Source: Octopus sinensis (lineage: Eukaryota). From it: DNA of 64,000 nucleotides. The notes beneath the pieces were generated by a model that had not been told where the DNA came from, searched no databases, and saw nothing but the letters and a program-made list of their open reading frames with translations. This document shows, piece after piece, positions 39,692 through 52,611 of the stretch (within the stretch, counting starts at the first letter, position 1; the number at the start of each line of letters is the position of its first letter). The stretch spans positions 38,824,464 through 38,888,463 of the forward strand of contig NC_043011.1 of assembly GCF_006345805.1 (NCBI RefSeq), given 5' to 3'. The position numbers and the translations under genes are program-made.

Positions 39692-39996
39692 TTTTGCGTA
39701 CAGATACCAATACATACATGCATTTCCCGCGTTTATATTACATTTAATTGCGCATCTTAGCCATATTGTTAATGTTAGAAATCACACGGAGTAAATACAG
39801 ACCCGCAGCATGATATAATGACTAGAGAACTCAAAATTAGTTATACTTTTAAATTGAGGATATAATCATTAGCATCATTATATCAGTGTAGCGAATAAAA
39901 AACGATCATATCGGTGAAATTAATTTTTAAGTATATAATTATGATTAAGGCTACTGGAATTATTATATTCCCTATTTAAAATACATACACACGCAC

Positions 39997-40028
<32 letters not shown>

Positions 40029-40050
40029 GTATATATATATATATGTGTGA

Positions 40051-40350
40051 GTTGAGGCGCAATGGCCTAGTGGTTGGGGCAGCGGACTCGCGGTCGCAGG
40101 ATCGCGGTTTCGATTCCCAGACCGGGCGTTGTGTGTGTTTATTGAGCGAAAACACCTAAAAGCTCCACGATGTTCCGGCAGGGGGTGGTGATCCCTGCTG
40201 TACTCTTTCACCACACTTTCTCCCACTCTTTATTCTGTTGGCCTGCTCGCTTAGCCAACGGGGTGGCGTCATTCGAAGGCTAAAAACAATGCGAACGCAT
40301 TGTGACCAGCGATGTGTAACAACATCTGATGGTCCGGTCGGTCACGTGAT

Positions 40351-40359
<9 letters not shown>
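40051..40359 (+). mobile_element. Head-family-C SINE with a CACGTGATCACGTGAT-(AT)n tail
   Basis: C head; the same tail occurs alone at 57302-57421. Confidence 0.88.
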
Positions 40360-40391
<32 letters not shown>

Positions 40392-40601
40392 TGGAGGTTA
40401 TGAGAGGTAATGGTGTCATTGAGACCCACATGTGTCAGGTAATGCCGAATAAGTGTTATAGATAGACCATAGTTAAGATCCAGGTTCGGTGATTATGCGA
40501 ATAAGGAGTTCGACGTTGGTCATATGTCAGCGTGTGTATATAAATATAATGAGATAATATACACAAGGCTATATAGATTTTAGAACATTTATAGATGGAA
40601 G

Positions 40602-40649
40602 GTCTTACAACTGTTTCCAGGATATTTATTATATCCCTTCATCGGAGAC
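40602..40649 (-). ncRNA. Minimal hammerhead with a CCGAUGA core variant
   Basis: GTCT-CCGATGA-A-GGGATAT-AATAA-ATATCCT-G-GAAAC-AGTT-GTA-AGAC. Confidence 0.72.
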
Positions 40650-40810
40650 GGTGTGAGAATATGGTTAAGCAATAGTTAATTTAGATATATTCTTTTCTCT
40701 CCTCCATCTCACTCTCTATTTCATATCTTATATCTTATAAATAGAGAGTGAGATGGAGGAAAGAAAAGAATATATCTAAATTAACTATTTCTTAACCATC
40801 ATCTCACACC

Positions 40811-40862
40811 GTCTTCGATGAAGGGATATAATTAATAAATATCCTGAAAACAGCTGTAAGAC
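40811..40862 (+). ncRNA. Minimal hammerhead, partner arm (mutated core)
   Basis: GTCT-TCGATGA-A-GGGATAT..ATATCCT-G-AAAAC-AGCT-GTA-AGAC. Confidence 0.6.
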
Positions 40863-42429
40863 CTTCTATCTATAAATGTTCTAAGATCTACACACCCTTG
40901 GTTTTTTTTATCTCATTACGAAATATATATATATATATATATACATACACACACACACGCACACACACATATATATATATATGTATACATAGATACATAT
41001 ATATATGTGTGTGTGTGTGTGTGAGTGTGTGTGTGTCTAATTATTTAAGTATTGGGTATGTTCTTAGTAGTTAGCCGATGAAGCACGTTCACTACCAATG
41101 GCTACCTGATATTTTCCATAATATTTATACAATTGCTGCTGGATCTACCTCAGGAATTCCTCAGTGTTCGTTGAATGAGTAACAAATGACACAGACGGAA
41201 AAATTTCATCGATCTCTCGCGCGTACGATACTATACAACTGGTTGTGGTGCATCCCTCGATGCACACGTGTCTCGTCGGATAATGATATAAGTTGTATCA
41301 CGTTAACTAAGCCCCGATTCGCTAGGGAGTGGAGAAACACAGTGAAAGAGAGAGAAGAGAAAGGTACGAGGGATCCAAGCAAGGATGGAAAGAGAGTGTA
41401 AGTGTGGAGAAAAGATAGAGTAAGAGTAGAGGTGGAAAGAAATAGAGTAAGAGGGAAAGAGGGGACGGACAGAGAGAGAACAGAAAGAAAGTGAAATAGA
41501 GAGAAAAGAGAAAGATATAAGGGAAGAAAACAACGGCTAAAAGAGAGAAGTGTGGAGAAGCTGACAGAGTAAGAGTGGATTTGGAAAGAGATAGAATAAG
41601 AGTAAAGAGATTTAAGAACCACACAATAAATATTCTAAGAATATATTTTATAATAAAATAAACAGGGTGTGCGTTGCGCTACCTGGATGTATCAAGGGTT
41701 GAATAGACAGAGTATAAGGATAAAAAGTTAGACGAAAGCAGAGCAAGGAGGAAACCTGAACGAAAACTCGATGGACGGGGAAAAAAGACAAAGACGCGAT
41801 ACACGGAATATTCGCAGCTGAGTTTTCCTCGTCAGTCAATGAGCCAACATATCATCGAAGTTTCGCGCCATTATCATTGAGACCACTCTATCTTGGAGGC
41901 GCCAGTACTGTTATTAAGATACTGGGAAAAAGCTAGCGAATATATACTGAGACAGAAACAAACAAGATATTATATAAATACGCGTGGTAGGGGTGCCTGC
42001 ATGTAGAAACGTATAGACATATTTAGGGTTACCCCTAAGGAAACCAAAGAATAAAAAGATCCCATCACCTTCAAATAATATCTGGGTTACCTTCTCCAAC
42101 GAACACCAGACAGTCCACCGCTACATGGATGCATTTCAGACACCAAAAACTCCACTCGTCAATGGACCATGATAGAACAAAAAATAAAACTAACTTAAAA
42201 ACTACTTTAAAAATTCTGTCAGGTAGAGCTGTTTAAGTTAGTTATGGCGTCGGCCAATTTTGGCCTAAACTTATCCAAGTTTATTTACGTTCCAGAAACA
42301 CATGCATACACACATACACATGCACACACACATACACATGCACACACACATGCACGCACGCATACATACACACACATGCATATATACAGATATACATACA
42401 TATATGTATATATATATATATATATTATG

Positions 42430-42464
<35 letters not shown>

Positions 42465-42499
42465 GGAGAGAGAGATAGAAAGAGAGATAGATAGATAGG

Positions 42500-42565
<66 letters not shown>

Positions 42566-42817
42566 CGCGCGCACACATACATTCATTCATATATACGTAC
42601 ATCTATATACATACATACAAACATATATGTATGTGTGTATATATATATATATATTATTAATGGAAGAGATAAATTGTTCATAAGGGCCTACTCCATCGAC
42701 CTGCAGACGTTGACTGCAGCTATTAAAATTCATTAGACAATCTTTTGTTTTTAACTTTATTTACTTTTACTTTAAATAGTATTTTATCGAAAATCATTGA
42801 GCCTGATTGGCACAGAT

Positions 42818-42922
42818 TAAATTTTCTGGCAGAACATTGGCCATCAAATGTATATGTATATATATATATATATATAATATATATATATACATTTCGTGGC
42901 CAATATTCTGCCAGAAAATTTA
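42818..42922. repeat. Fold-back inverted repeat centred on a (TA)n tract
   Basis: AAATTTTCTGGCAGAACATTGGCCA..(TA)n..TGGCCAATATTCTGCCAGAAAATTT. Confidence 0.9.
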
Positions 42923-42949
42923 TATCATATATATGCGCGTGTAACATAT

Positions 42950-43013
<64 letters not shown>

Positions 43014-44001
43014 TTTGCATATATATATATAATCGATAAATGCGTGTATGTGTGTGCACATATATATATATTCTATATATATACTTTTTCTATACATATA
43101 TTTACTTACATATTTACATATACATACATGTACAAATATACACGTACATATGTATATGTGTGTGTGTGTGTGTGCGCGCGTTTGTATGTGTGTATCGTCA
43201 GAGAAAAGTTTATAATGCCCGAAGCATGGCCACAAACCATTGGTTGAAGCTAGTAAAGGTGTGAAAAGAGATAAACATGCGGATACAGTGTATATGACTA
43301 TATATACATATACATATGTGTGTGCGTGTGTGAAGGTGTGTGTGTGTGTGTGTATTTGCGTGCGTGCGTCTTCCTGCGAGTGCGTTTGTGTGCTTGTGTA
43401 TCAAAGTAAATACTTGAATTTTGCCATTATCAGCTTAATAAAACCCTGTCTACGAAATGCTATCAAATAATTTAAACCAAATATCGTTGTCTATAATAGA
43501 AATGAAGAAACCAAAAAAAAAAAAAAAGGAAAGAATAAAATGGTTCCCAGCCACAAAAATCAACCGCATCAATAATAACAACAATAACGACGATGATGCA
43601 TTATTCATAATTCTTAGCTTGCGCATGCGCTCACACACACACCCACACACACACACACACACACACATACAGACACACACACACACACATGCACAGATTC
43701 TCCTTATATTTTATCTTTAATAGTTCCAAGATCCGTTAATGGTGGTCAATATTTTATGGAGTTGAAGTTTATATAAACGTTTTTCTCGAAAACTTCTTTC
43801 CCCAAAAGTATTTCTCAAAAATTATTTCTCATAAATATCCAGCCAGAAAGAAAAGAAAAAACAAAAGATGCAGAAATACTAAAATAAATTAAAACGGAAC
43901 GATTGAATGAAATAGAAAGGAGAATTACTCTAAATCATTTACGTCCAACAATTCCCATTATCATATATATACATATTAATTTTATATTATACATATATAT
44001 A

Positions 44002-44066
<65 letters not shown>

Positions 44067-44219
44067 ATATATAAATATATATATATATACATACATACAT
44101 ATATATGCGTACATACATATAACTTCATATATATATGATTTTGTGTGTAGTTTGTGTATGTATATATATGTGTATATATATATGTATGTATATATATGTA
44201 TATATATGTATATATATAT

Positions 44220-44256
<37 letters not shown>

Positions 44257-44257
44257 G

Positions 44258-44291
<34 letters not shown>

Positions 44292-44294
44292 AGA

Positions 44295-44484
44295 TTTCAC
44301 GAAAAAAACAAAAGACGAAGACAGGTGGTGTAGAAAACAAACAGATGTATTAGTATAACGCTGGAGAAGAAAAAAATATGTGTAGTGGCTACCGATCTAT
44401 CATGGCGTCACCTTCCCGAACGTCAAACTAATACTCCTGTTTGTTGTTTATACACGTGTCTTCGTCTTTCGTTTTTCTGTAAAT
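44295..44484. repeat. Inverted pair of ~65-bp tails between two (TA)n tracts
   Basis: AAAGACGAAGACAGGTG..AACAAACAG..GTATTAGT versus ACTAATAC..CTGTTTGTT..CACGTGTCTTCGTCTTT. Confidence 0.8.
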
Positions 44485-44584
44485 ATATGTATATATATTT
44501 GTTTATATGTCTGTGTATATTGATGTGTGCACATATATATATATATACGTGTGTGTGTGTGTATGTGTGTATTGTGTTCAGCTT

Positions 44585-44745
44585 CGGAGAGGAAGATGCA
44601 AGTACCTGAAGGACGGACTTGTCTTCCCAGAAGATAAAGTGGTAATAGCACTCCGACCAAGTATATTCCTGTCCTTCACTCTTGGAGTACAAAAACTGTC
44701 ATCGGGATCGAACTCGGAATGCCTTGGGATGACAGACTATATACC
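44585..44745 (-). mobile_element. Probable further tRNA-derived SINE fragment
   Basis: B box GAGTTCGATCCC on the minus strand; the body does not match families A-D. Confidence 0.4.
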
Positions 44746-44985
44746 CTTTTATTCTTTTACCAGCCTCAGTAAATGTTGTTTAAATAGATGACTGGAGCAC
44801 CGCCTTGAAGGGTTTAGACGAACAAATTGACCCCAGTAACTTTCTGTGTTTTAATCTGCTTCCTATTTTATGGGTCTCTTCTGCCGAACCGCTAATTTAC
44901 GGCGACATAAAGAAACCAGCAGCGGTTGACAAGCGATGGTTGAGAACAAACTCAAACTCAAAGACACACGTACATGGATATATGC

Positions 44986-45042
<57 letters not shown>

Positions 45043-46470
45043 CATATATATGTATATATACGTACGTACATACATACTTACATACATATTTGTGTATCAA
45101 CCAGATCCAATCACAAGGCTTTGGTCAGCTCAAGGCTATAGTAGAAGACACTTGCCCAAGGTGCCACGCAGCTGGACTGAACCCTGTTGTTGGTAAGCAA
45201 GCTATCCACCACACGTCCCTATATATCATATACGCAGAGCCATACACGCATACACACACACACACATATGCCCTAAAGAATTGTGCCCTAGAACTGTCGT
45301 TACTACTACAGACTGAAAGCTTCCAATATCAGTCAGTCTTTGACATTCGCCATTATAAGCACTAATAAATTTCTAGGAGAGACGAGCCTGAGTCTCACTG
45401 ACAGAAGACGAACCATATTTGTCTTTGATGGCGATCTTTGATTAACCCAGTTTGCTCTGACCAAAAGTTCTGTCACCTGATCAAAGCCTGCCTCACTATA
45501 AGCAATTCATCCTTCTCTCAGTCAAAGTGTAATAGCTATTGTATTCTTCCTTCCTCAATTGTGTCTTCAGCGACATCGTCCATTATTCAACAATATTCAG
45601 GTATAACTTGAGAGGTAGAAATTTGGGTGATATTTCGAGTACGTCGTGTCAGCTCACAGAAGCTACCCCACTTCTGCCCTTGTTGTTTTAACCCCGTATG
45701 ATATCTACCAATTAGTAATTGTGCTTATAGATCGACTGACAGCGAACCTATTGCTACCTTTCATTCCTGAACTCGTAGTATTTATAATGCTTCATATAAT
45801 CTATATCATTATTCTATCACAAAGTTCGTGCCTTCGCCTGTTATGTTTTCAACGCTTTGTCCATTGAACGGAATTGATGACGTAGCGATAATCTTTAATA
45901 TAATTCTTTCTAGTTTTGGTATAAGACCAGCAATTTTGAAAGGAGGGGGAACTCGATTACATCAATTCGAGGGCTCAGCCGTTACTTGTTTTATCGATTC
46001 TGAAAAGATCGATAAAAAAAGTCGACCTAGGCGCCATTTGAACTAAGAACATAAGACCAGGAAGATATGGTTCTACGCATTTTGTCGAGGGCGGTAACAA
46101 CTCTGCCAGCCTTAACTATGGAACGAAATCGGAAACACACCAGTAATCTTTAATATAATGATACAAGTCTGAGTATTTCACTACACATGTCCTTAACTAT
46201 GGAACAAAGTAGGCGATATAACGGTAATCCTTAATATAACCCATTCTCCTATAGGTACAAGGTTAGACATTTTCGGGGAAGGGGGCTGGTCGATTTTATC
46301 GCTCCCAGTGCTCGACTGATACTTATTTTATCGATTGCTGAAATGTTGAAAGGCAAAGTCAATCTCAGCCGAATTTGAACTTGGAAAGTAAAGTCGGACG
46401 AAATGCTGCTAAGCATTTTGTCCGACGTGCTAACGATTCTGCCAGCTCGCCGCATTAGTAATTCTTAATG

Positions 46471-47982
46471 CTAGCAAATCTACCCATCTACGATGGAGGC
46501 AGAAATTGAGGGTGGGAAGTCATAACAGCAGTATGTATTGAGAAATGTGTAAATGGACTTGGTAGATTACTGGGTAATGTCTTAGAGAAATCACATTATC
46601 GTTGGTGATACAGCATTCTATCGCAGCTATATGACATGTGATGACGATTCACTCCCGAACTGAAATAGGCTCACCACCTCTGCATCATGAATAGTTATGT
46701 GAACCACTCCTAACGAACGCCAGAGCTGGCTTCGACCACTACATAAAAAATATTAAGAAAAAAATGTTATCTAGATATACTTTTATTTTAGTTGTTTACA
46801 CTATTTTACGCTTGTTTATACTCCTATGCATTCAAAGTTTAGAAATTTCCTTATTTGAATTATGAATCATATTCCTTTCGACGATGACAATATGATTACA
46901 AAACTTCTTTGTAGACGATATTTACTGTTTGGTCGGCACTAACTTTCAAATAACTGGATAACGTTGCTCTACTCATAGCGACGTATAACTGACCGTGTGT
47001 AAACATCGGACTAGGTAAAAACACGCCTTTACAATCTAAAGTCTGGCCCTGGGCCCTGTTTGCTGTGAAAGCGCGAACGGAATCTTTAGGGTTGCAAAAA
47101 ATCAAACTAAGTCTTACCTCTCACTGTTCTACGCGAATAATGTCTGGATGTTCTGGTACCATGGATTATTTTGATTGAGAAAGCTGAGATGTAAATAACA
47201 ACCGCTTCGATTAGCCGTTTCGAATCCTGATTGGGACTAGCGCACTTTAATAATCCATAAATAATCACACACTATATGGCACACACATTTTCCATTTTAT
47301 TTTCGCTATTAACCGTCCTCGCGACCACCTTCGTATCTACGATGGGACCACAAACTATACGATGAAAATCCAGAGTTTCTCGTGAATAAAAAATGTGAAG
47401 ATGGTTTATCAATTAAAAGATCGATATCCACAAAATAATCATACTTTCTGATTTTTTAATACTAAGAACCTTCCTGACAACCGTCTTTGTCGTCTGGAAA
47501 AATATCGTAACCATTGGTCCAGCCGTCTGGCCGTGAAGAGGGAACAAACAAAGAGACAGACAGACGGACATGACGCCCATTATAGTAAGATAGCAAATCA
47601 ACCAAATATGAACTTGGAAAGTAAAGTCGGACGAAATGCTGCTAAGCATTTTGTCCGACGTGCTAACGATTCTGCCAGCTCACCGCGTTAGTAATTCTTA
47701 ATAGGGATAGTATCGCAAATCTAAACCCTCTAAATTCATGAAATATACAGGGCGGGGGTGGGGAAATCCAGAGTTAATCCAAGTCGCCGGAATTTTAACA
47801 AAAAAATCAAAGGTGGCTTATTAATACAAAACTCAATATCCACGAAATAACCATACTTTTTCACATTTCTTTTTGCTAAAACCCTTCTTGATTGCCTCCT
47901 TCGTAATCCCCAAAATCATCGTGACCATTGGTCCAGCCGTTTGACTGCAAAGACAGACGAACATAACAGCCATTATAGTAAG
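46471..47982 (-). mobile_element. Composite Helitron: 5' ends at 47590 and 47982, PIF1-type helicase C-terminal fragment (46896-~47080), 3' hairpin and CTAG at 46471
   Basis: AFTANRAQGQTLDCKGVFLPSPMFTHGQLYVAMSRA..TVNIVYKEVL*. 5' TCTTACTATAATGG occurs twice. 3' end CCATCGTAGATGG-GTAGATTTG-CTAG. Confidence 0.88.
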
Positions 47983-48497
47983 ATATAACGAAACAAGTTT
48001 AAGGGTTTCACCGTACACGTCCTTAACTATGGAATGAAACTTGAACCATAATTGACATTTCTAATATCACAATATGTAGAAAAATGAGTAGAGTATTATT
48101 TGAAGTGAATTTAGGTGTTATTTCTAGCAAATAACAAGGACATTCACCAAATGGAGGCTGCCTCATTGTTCTCGTTGACATTTTTCTTCTGAGATTTTGT
48201 TGCCTATTGCTTTTTCCCTATTTGTTTTGGCTTTGGGTTTTTCTTTTTTCATTTATTTTCCTTTTGTTCTGAGATTTTACATGATTATATGAAATCTTCC
48301 ACTTTGTATATTCTTATACGCTATTTAAAATACGTACATACATGCATATATATACATACATATAATATATATATAATATATTATTAGATATATATATATA
48401 TATATATATGCATACACATATTTCTCTTCATATAGGTATATATGCATATATATAAGATACACACATATATATATATTACACTATATATACATGTGTC

Positions 48498-48538
<41 letters not shown>

Positions 48539-48654
48539 CACACACATACACACAAACACACACTACAGCGGTGATAAAGATATGAGCTTGAGAGCTACAT
48601 CTAGATGTCGGAAATACACCAACAAAAGTGTATATAACATATATAATATGTTCA

Positions 48655-48699
<45 letters not shown>

Positions 48700-48982
48700 C
48701 ATACATACATACATACATACATACATACATACATACATACATACATACATAGTGTCGTAACACAGAAGACTGATTTGAAATACATGGTTGTTGCTAAAAG
48801 AAAAAACAAAAAGAAAAACCGTACGTATAACTAAAGAAATATGGCGGACAAGATTTAGACGGTAGTAGACATAACAGATGACTATGTTAACAATTTGATA
48901 CAAAGCGCAGGAAATCAATACTTTGCCCAATAACGTCACTCAAATATATTGGCTTTGCATATTGTTTTATTGTCAAACTTAC

Positions 48983-49038
48983 TTGTAAATTCTTCTCTCG
49001 TTTTCGCCAAAGTTCTGCTTTACGCAGGTAGTTAACAT
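48983..49038 (-). other. Candidate first coding exon (MLTTCVKQNFGENERRIY, phase 2)
   Basis: Consensus donor AA|GTAAGT and a TATTTAAG box at 49069-49076 upstream; no homology recognised. Confidence 0.2.
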
Positions 49039-49211
49039 TTATATTTTATCTGACTGTTTTATTTACCTCTTAAATAGAGCACATTCGCTTTCACAACTGT
49101 GCATGGCAATGTCCAAAACATTTGGCAGCTTACAGTTATGTTTGTGTCTATCTATCGCTCTCTTTCCCTCGCTCTTTCTCTCCCATTCTATTCCACTCTC
49201 TCTCTCCTTCC

Positions 49212-49260
<49 letters not shown>

Positions 49261-51061
49261 ATTGGAAAGGGAAAGAGAGAAATATATATACTATTTATAA
49301 ATTATATATATATATTATATATATATATATATTATATATATATATGTTGTATGTATTATGTATGTATGTCTATCTATGTGTATATATCTGTGTGTGTGAG
49401 TATGTATATATTTATGCATATGTGTGTATGTTTTTATATCATATGTATATATATATATCTACACACACTCACACACACACACACACAAACATTTCTTTTA
49501 TCATTTCTTTTTATATCCTCTCACACTCTCACCATCTTTTTTTTTTTAAATCATTTTTTTACACCCATCATTGAGCTAGTCCGTACAATGTTAATTCTAT
49601 TCTGTATTGCTTAAACATTCTCCATCTCTATATCTATGTATCAGCTATGTATAATAGATACATAGCTGATACATGTATGTATATACATATATATATATAT
49701 ATTATATGATATATATATATATACTGCGTATGATACAATATTTGTATGTTTTATTATTGTTGCTATCCTTGTCTCTATTTTTTTTACCAAGTTTTTTTTT
49801 AATCGAGGTTGTAATAAGATATAAAGATGAAGCCATATTTTATGTTAAGATTTGTTTTATAAACTCTCAAGCACCGAAACTAATGTTCTAGATTTTATCC
49901 CTTTCACTGCGAAAGCTTTTTTTTTTGTTTGTGGTAAGCTTAATGCACTTGAAACAATGATCAGGCTGCAAAAATACGACGAAAGATTTTAACAAAGACA
50001 TATTCAGAAATTATTTTCTGTCATGGGATAGATATACTCGCTCAGGCTCGCCTGGGGCTAAAAAAATAACATACTGCAGTCTCAATAAATGGTGTGTTGG
50101 TTTTTCATTTTGTTTTTATCGAACCTGTTGTAAGAGCATAGAAATAAAATATTGCATTCTATATTAGGAATTGAGGAGTTGAATTTAACATTTTCCAACT
50201 TCGTACTTGGTACGTTCGAGTGCCTTTGAATGTGATAAAACCTTTCTCTGCAGAGATAATCCTAGGAAAAGATTCTCCACCTAAACACGTGGAAAAGCAC
50301 TTTTAGTGAAGAGAGGGTTATGAATTACGTCATTCGATCAAAGCACGCATGCATTTCTGTCTTTCCACTTCATCAGCCACGAAAGCCAAATCGGTCCTTC
50401 ACAGCCCGAATAAGAACGAAATTCTTCTGATTAAAACAGTGTACAGAATACCTTCTAATGTCTGTAAAGCTTGAGCAAGCTAAACTTAACTAAATAATGT
50501 CGCACGAAGCAGCGCTGAATAAAAGATATCTGTGTAAAGTCATAATTAACTCGTTGGATTGTACCCGAGTCATACACAGCCCCCACCATGCGCATACACA
50601 GTAAAGAATAACGTATTTTGACACGTCTAGGCGAGAGGAGTTTTCCTTCGATTCTATCAACGCAAGAAAAGGTCTTATCGCGTCCGAATACACTCAAACA
50701 GGATAAATATGATTTTACAGGAATATTTTTTTTTATTCAACGCCGCTTGGTGCGACATTGTTTATTTAACGACTTCTAGCTTATCTCTTTCGATAATGCG
50801 AGCTTGTTTGCTTTCGTAGATGCGATGGAACTGCAACAGTATCCAGATAACGGAAGGAAGTACGATGTATATATTGGCACCTTAAGAAATAAAAGTAAAG
50901 TTTATATAACTGCTTTTGGCGTGTTCTTAAATTACTAAATTCGCTCTGTCAAAATGTCATTGTTTTAGTTTCAATATATGCTCTCAGATTAAGCGTCTTG
51001 CCAAACAAACACAAACACCAGAATGCCTTTGCTGTATGATCTGGATTATATATACATATAT

Positions 51062-51092
<31 letters not shown>

Positions 51093-51093
51093 A

Positions 51094-51139
<46 letters not shown>

Positions 51140-52611
51140 TATATATATTAATAATATATAATATATATATATATATATATACTATATTATATTATATTAT
51201 ATATGTACATATGTTACATGTATATTGTATATTTATATATACATATATATATATATATATTTATATACATTTATGTATATATGAACATGTGTATGTACGT
51301 ATGTAGGTGCGTATGTGTGTATAAATATTAAAAAGGAGAATGGGGTTAGCAATTCGTTTTATTGCATAATTCTACAATTGTTTTATCGACATTTTACCTG
51401 GGGATTATTGTTGCCATATTATATAATATGTGAAGTAATACATTGTAATGGTATTATTGTACAAATCCCAGAAAATATCGACTTATCAGGTTTATGTATA
51501 AAATCGATAAGCAAATCGATTTTATACACAAACCTGATGAATCGATATTTCCCAGTTTTGGTACAATAATACTTATACGATATTATTTCCTACATTATAT
51601 AATGATATTGCAGCAATAATCTTTTGGTAAAATCTAGAAGATACATTGCTCAATAAGATAACTTGCTCTCTGCATTCTCCTTGTTAATATTTATCTAAAC
51701 TCTGGGGATATTTACAGATTTTCAGATGTATCCTCAGTAAAGCAATCCTTTTCCATTGTATAATTGTATCTGATAGCCAAATCAATCCATTTCCATTGTA
51801 TAATTGTATCTGATAGCCAACACCCATAGACGGGATTAATAAAATAAACTCCAAGGTTTAGACCTAGATGGAATTGTTATGTATGTATGTGTGTATGTAT
51901 ATATGTATGTGTGCATGTATGTATGCATGCATGTATATATGTACGCATGTACGTACGTACGTACGTATGTATGTATGTATGTATGTATGTATGTATGTAT
52001 GTATGTATGTATGTATGTATGTACGTATGTATGAATGTATGTATGTATGTACGCATGTACGTATGTACGTACGTATGTATGTATGTATGTATGCATGTAT
52101 GTATGTATGTATGTACGCTAGTTAGTGAGATGGTTGTGATCTGTAAACAGTTTTGAGTAGGAACCGAAAAAAGAAATACGAACACGCAATGCGCATGAGC
52201 ATACTGAATTCGTAAAACGGAAGAGAAGAATCAAAGCACAGTGTCAAACAAGTTACATGATGTTCTGCATGCCACGATTGACGCCACTGTTATGCAGCTT
52301 TGGCTGCAATTTTCTTGTTTATTATGTTTTTATTGCACCCTGAATTAATATATTTGATGGCATATAAGACATATTTTTCTTGAAAAATGTCACCCCAAAA
52401 AATATATATATATATATCACCGCGGAACCAATATCCGACGCTGGAACGGCCATTAGTTTTAATGCTCCGTAAACATTTATCTTTGACTAGGCACTACTGA
52501 AATTGAACTGAGTTTAATATAAATGTGTATATTTTATGCCATCATGTATGATTAATATGTTACTAGTCACAAATTAACATGTATTTAAAATATGTCGACA
52601 TGAACTGTTAA

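Larger units (their letters stand above)
40547..40918. repeat. Palindrome of a Penelope-like tail (arms ~175 bp, 17-bp spacer), one hammerhead motif per arm
   Basis: Arms 40547-40721 and 40739-40918 are reverse complements. Confidence 0.93.

Noticed and set aside
41230-41285. Minus-strand CCGACGA plus GTGCATC/GATGCAC hairpin
   Set aside because: No GAAA or credible stems I and III.
41785-41840. Minus-strand CTGACGA followed by a GGAA..TTCC hairpin and CGCGTC
   Set aside because: GAAA is missing and stem I does not pair; at best a very decayed hammerhead.
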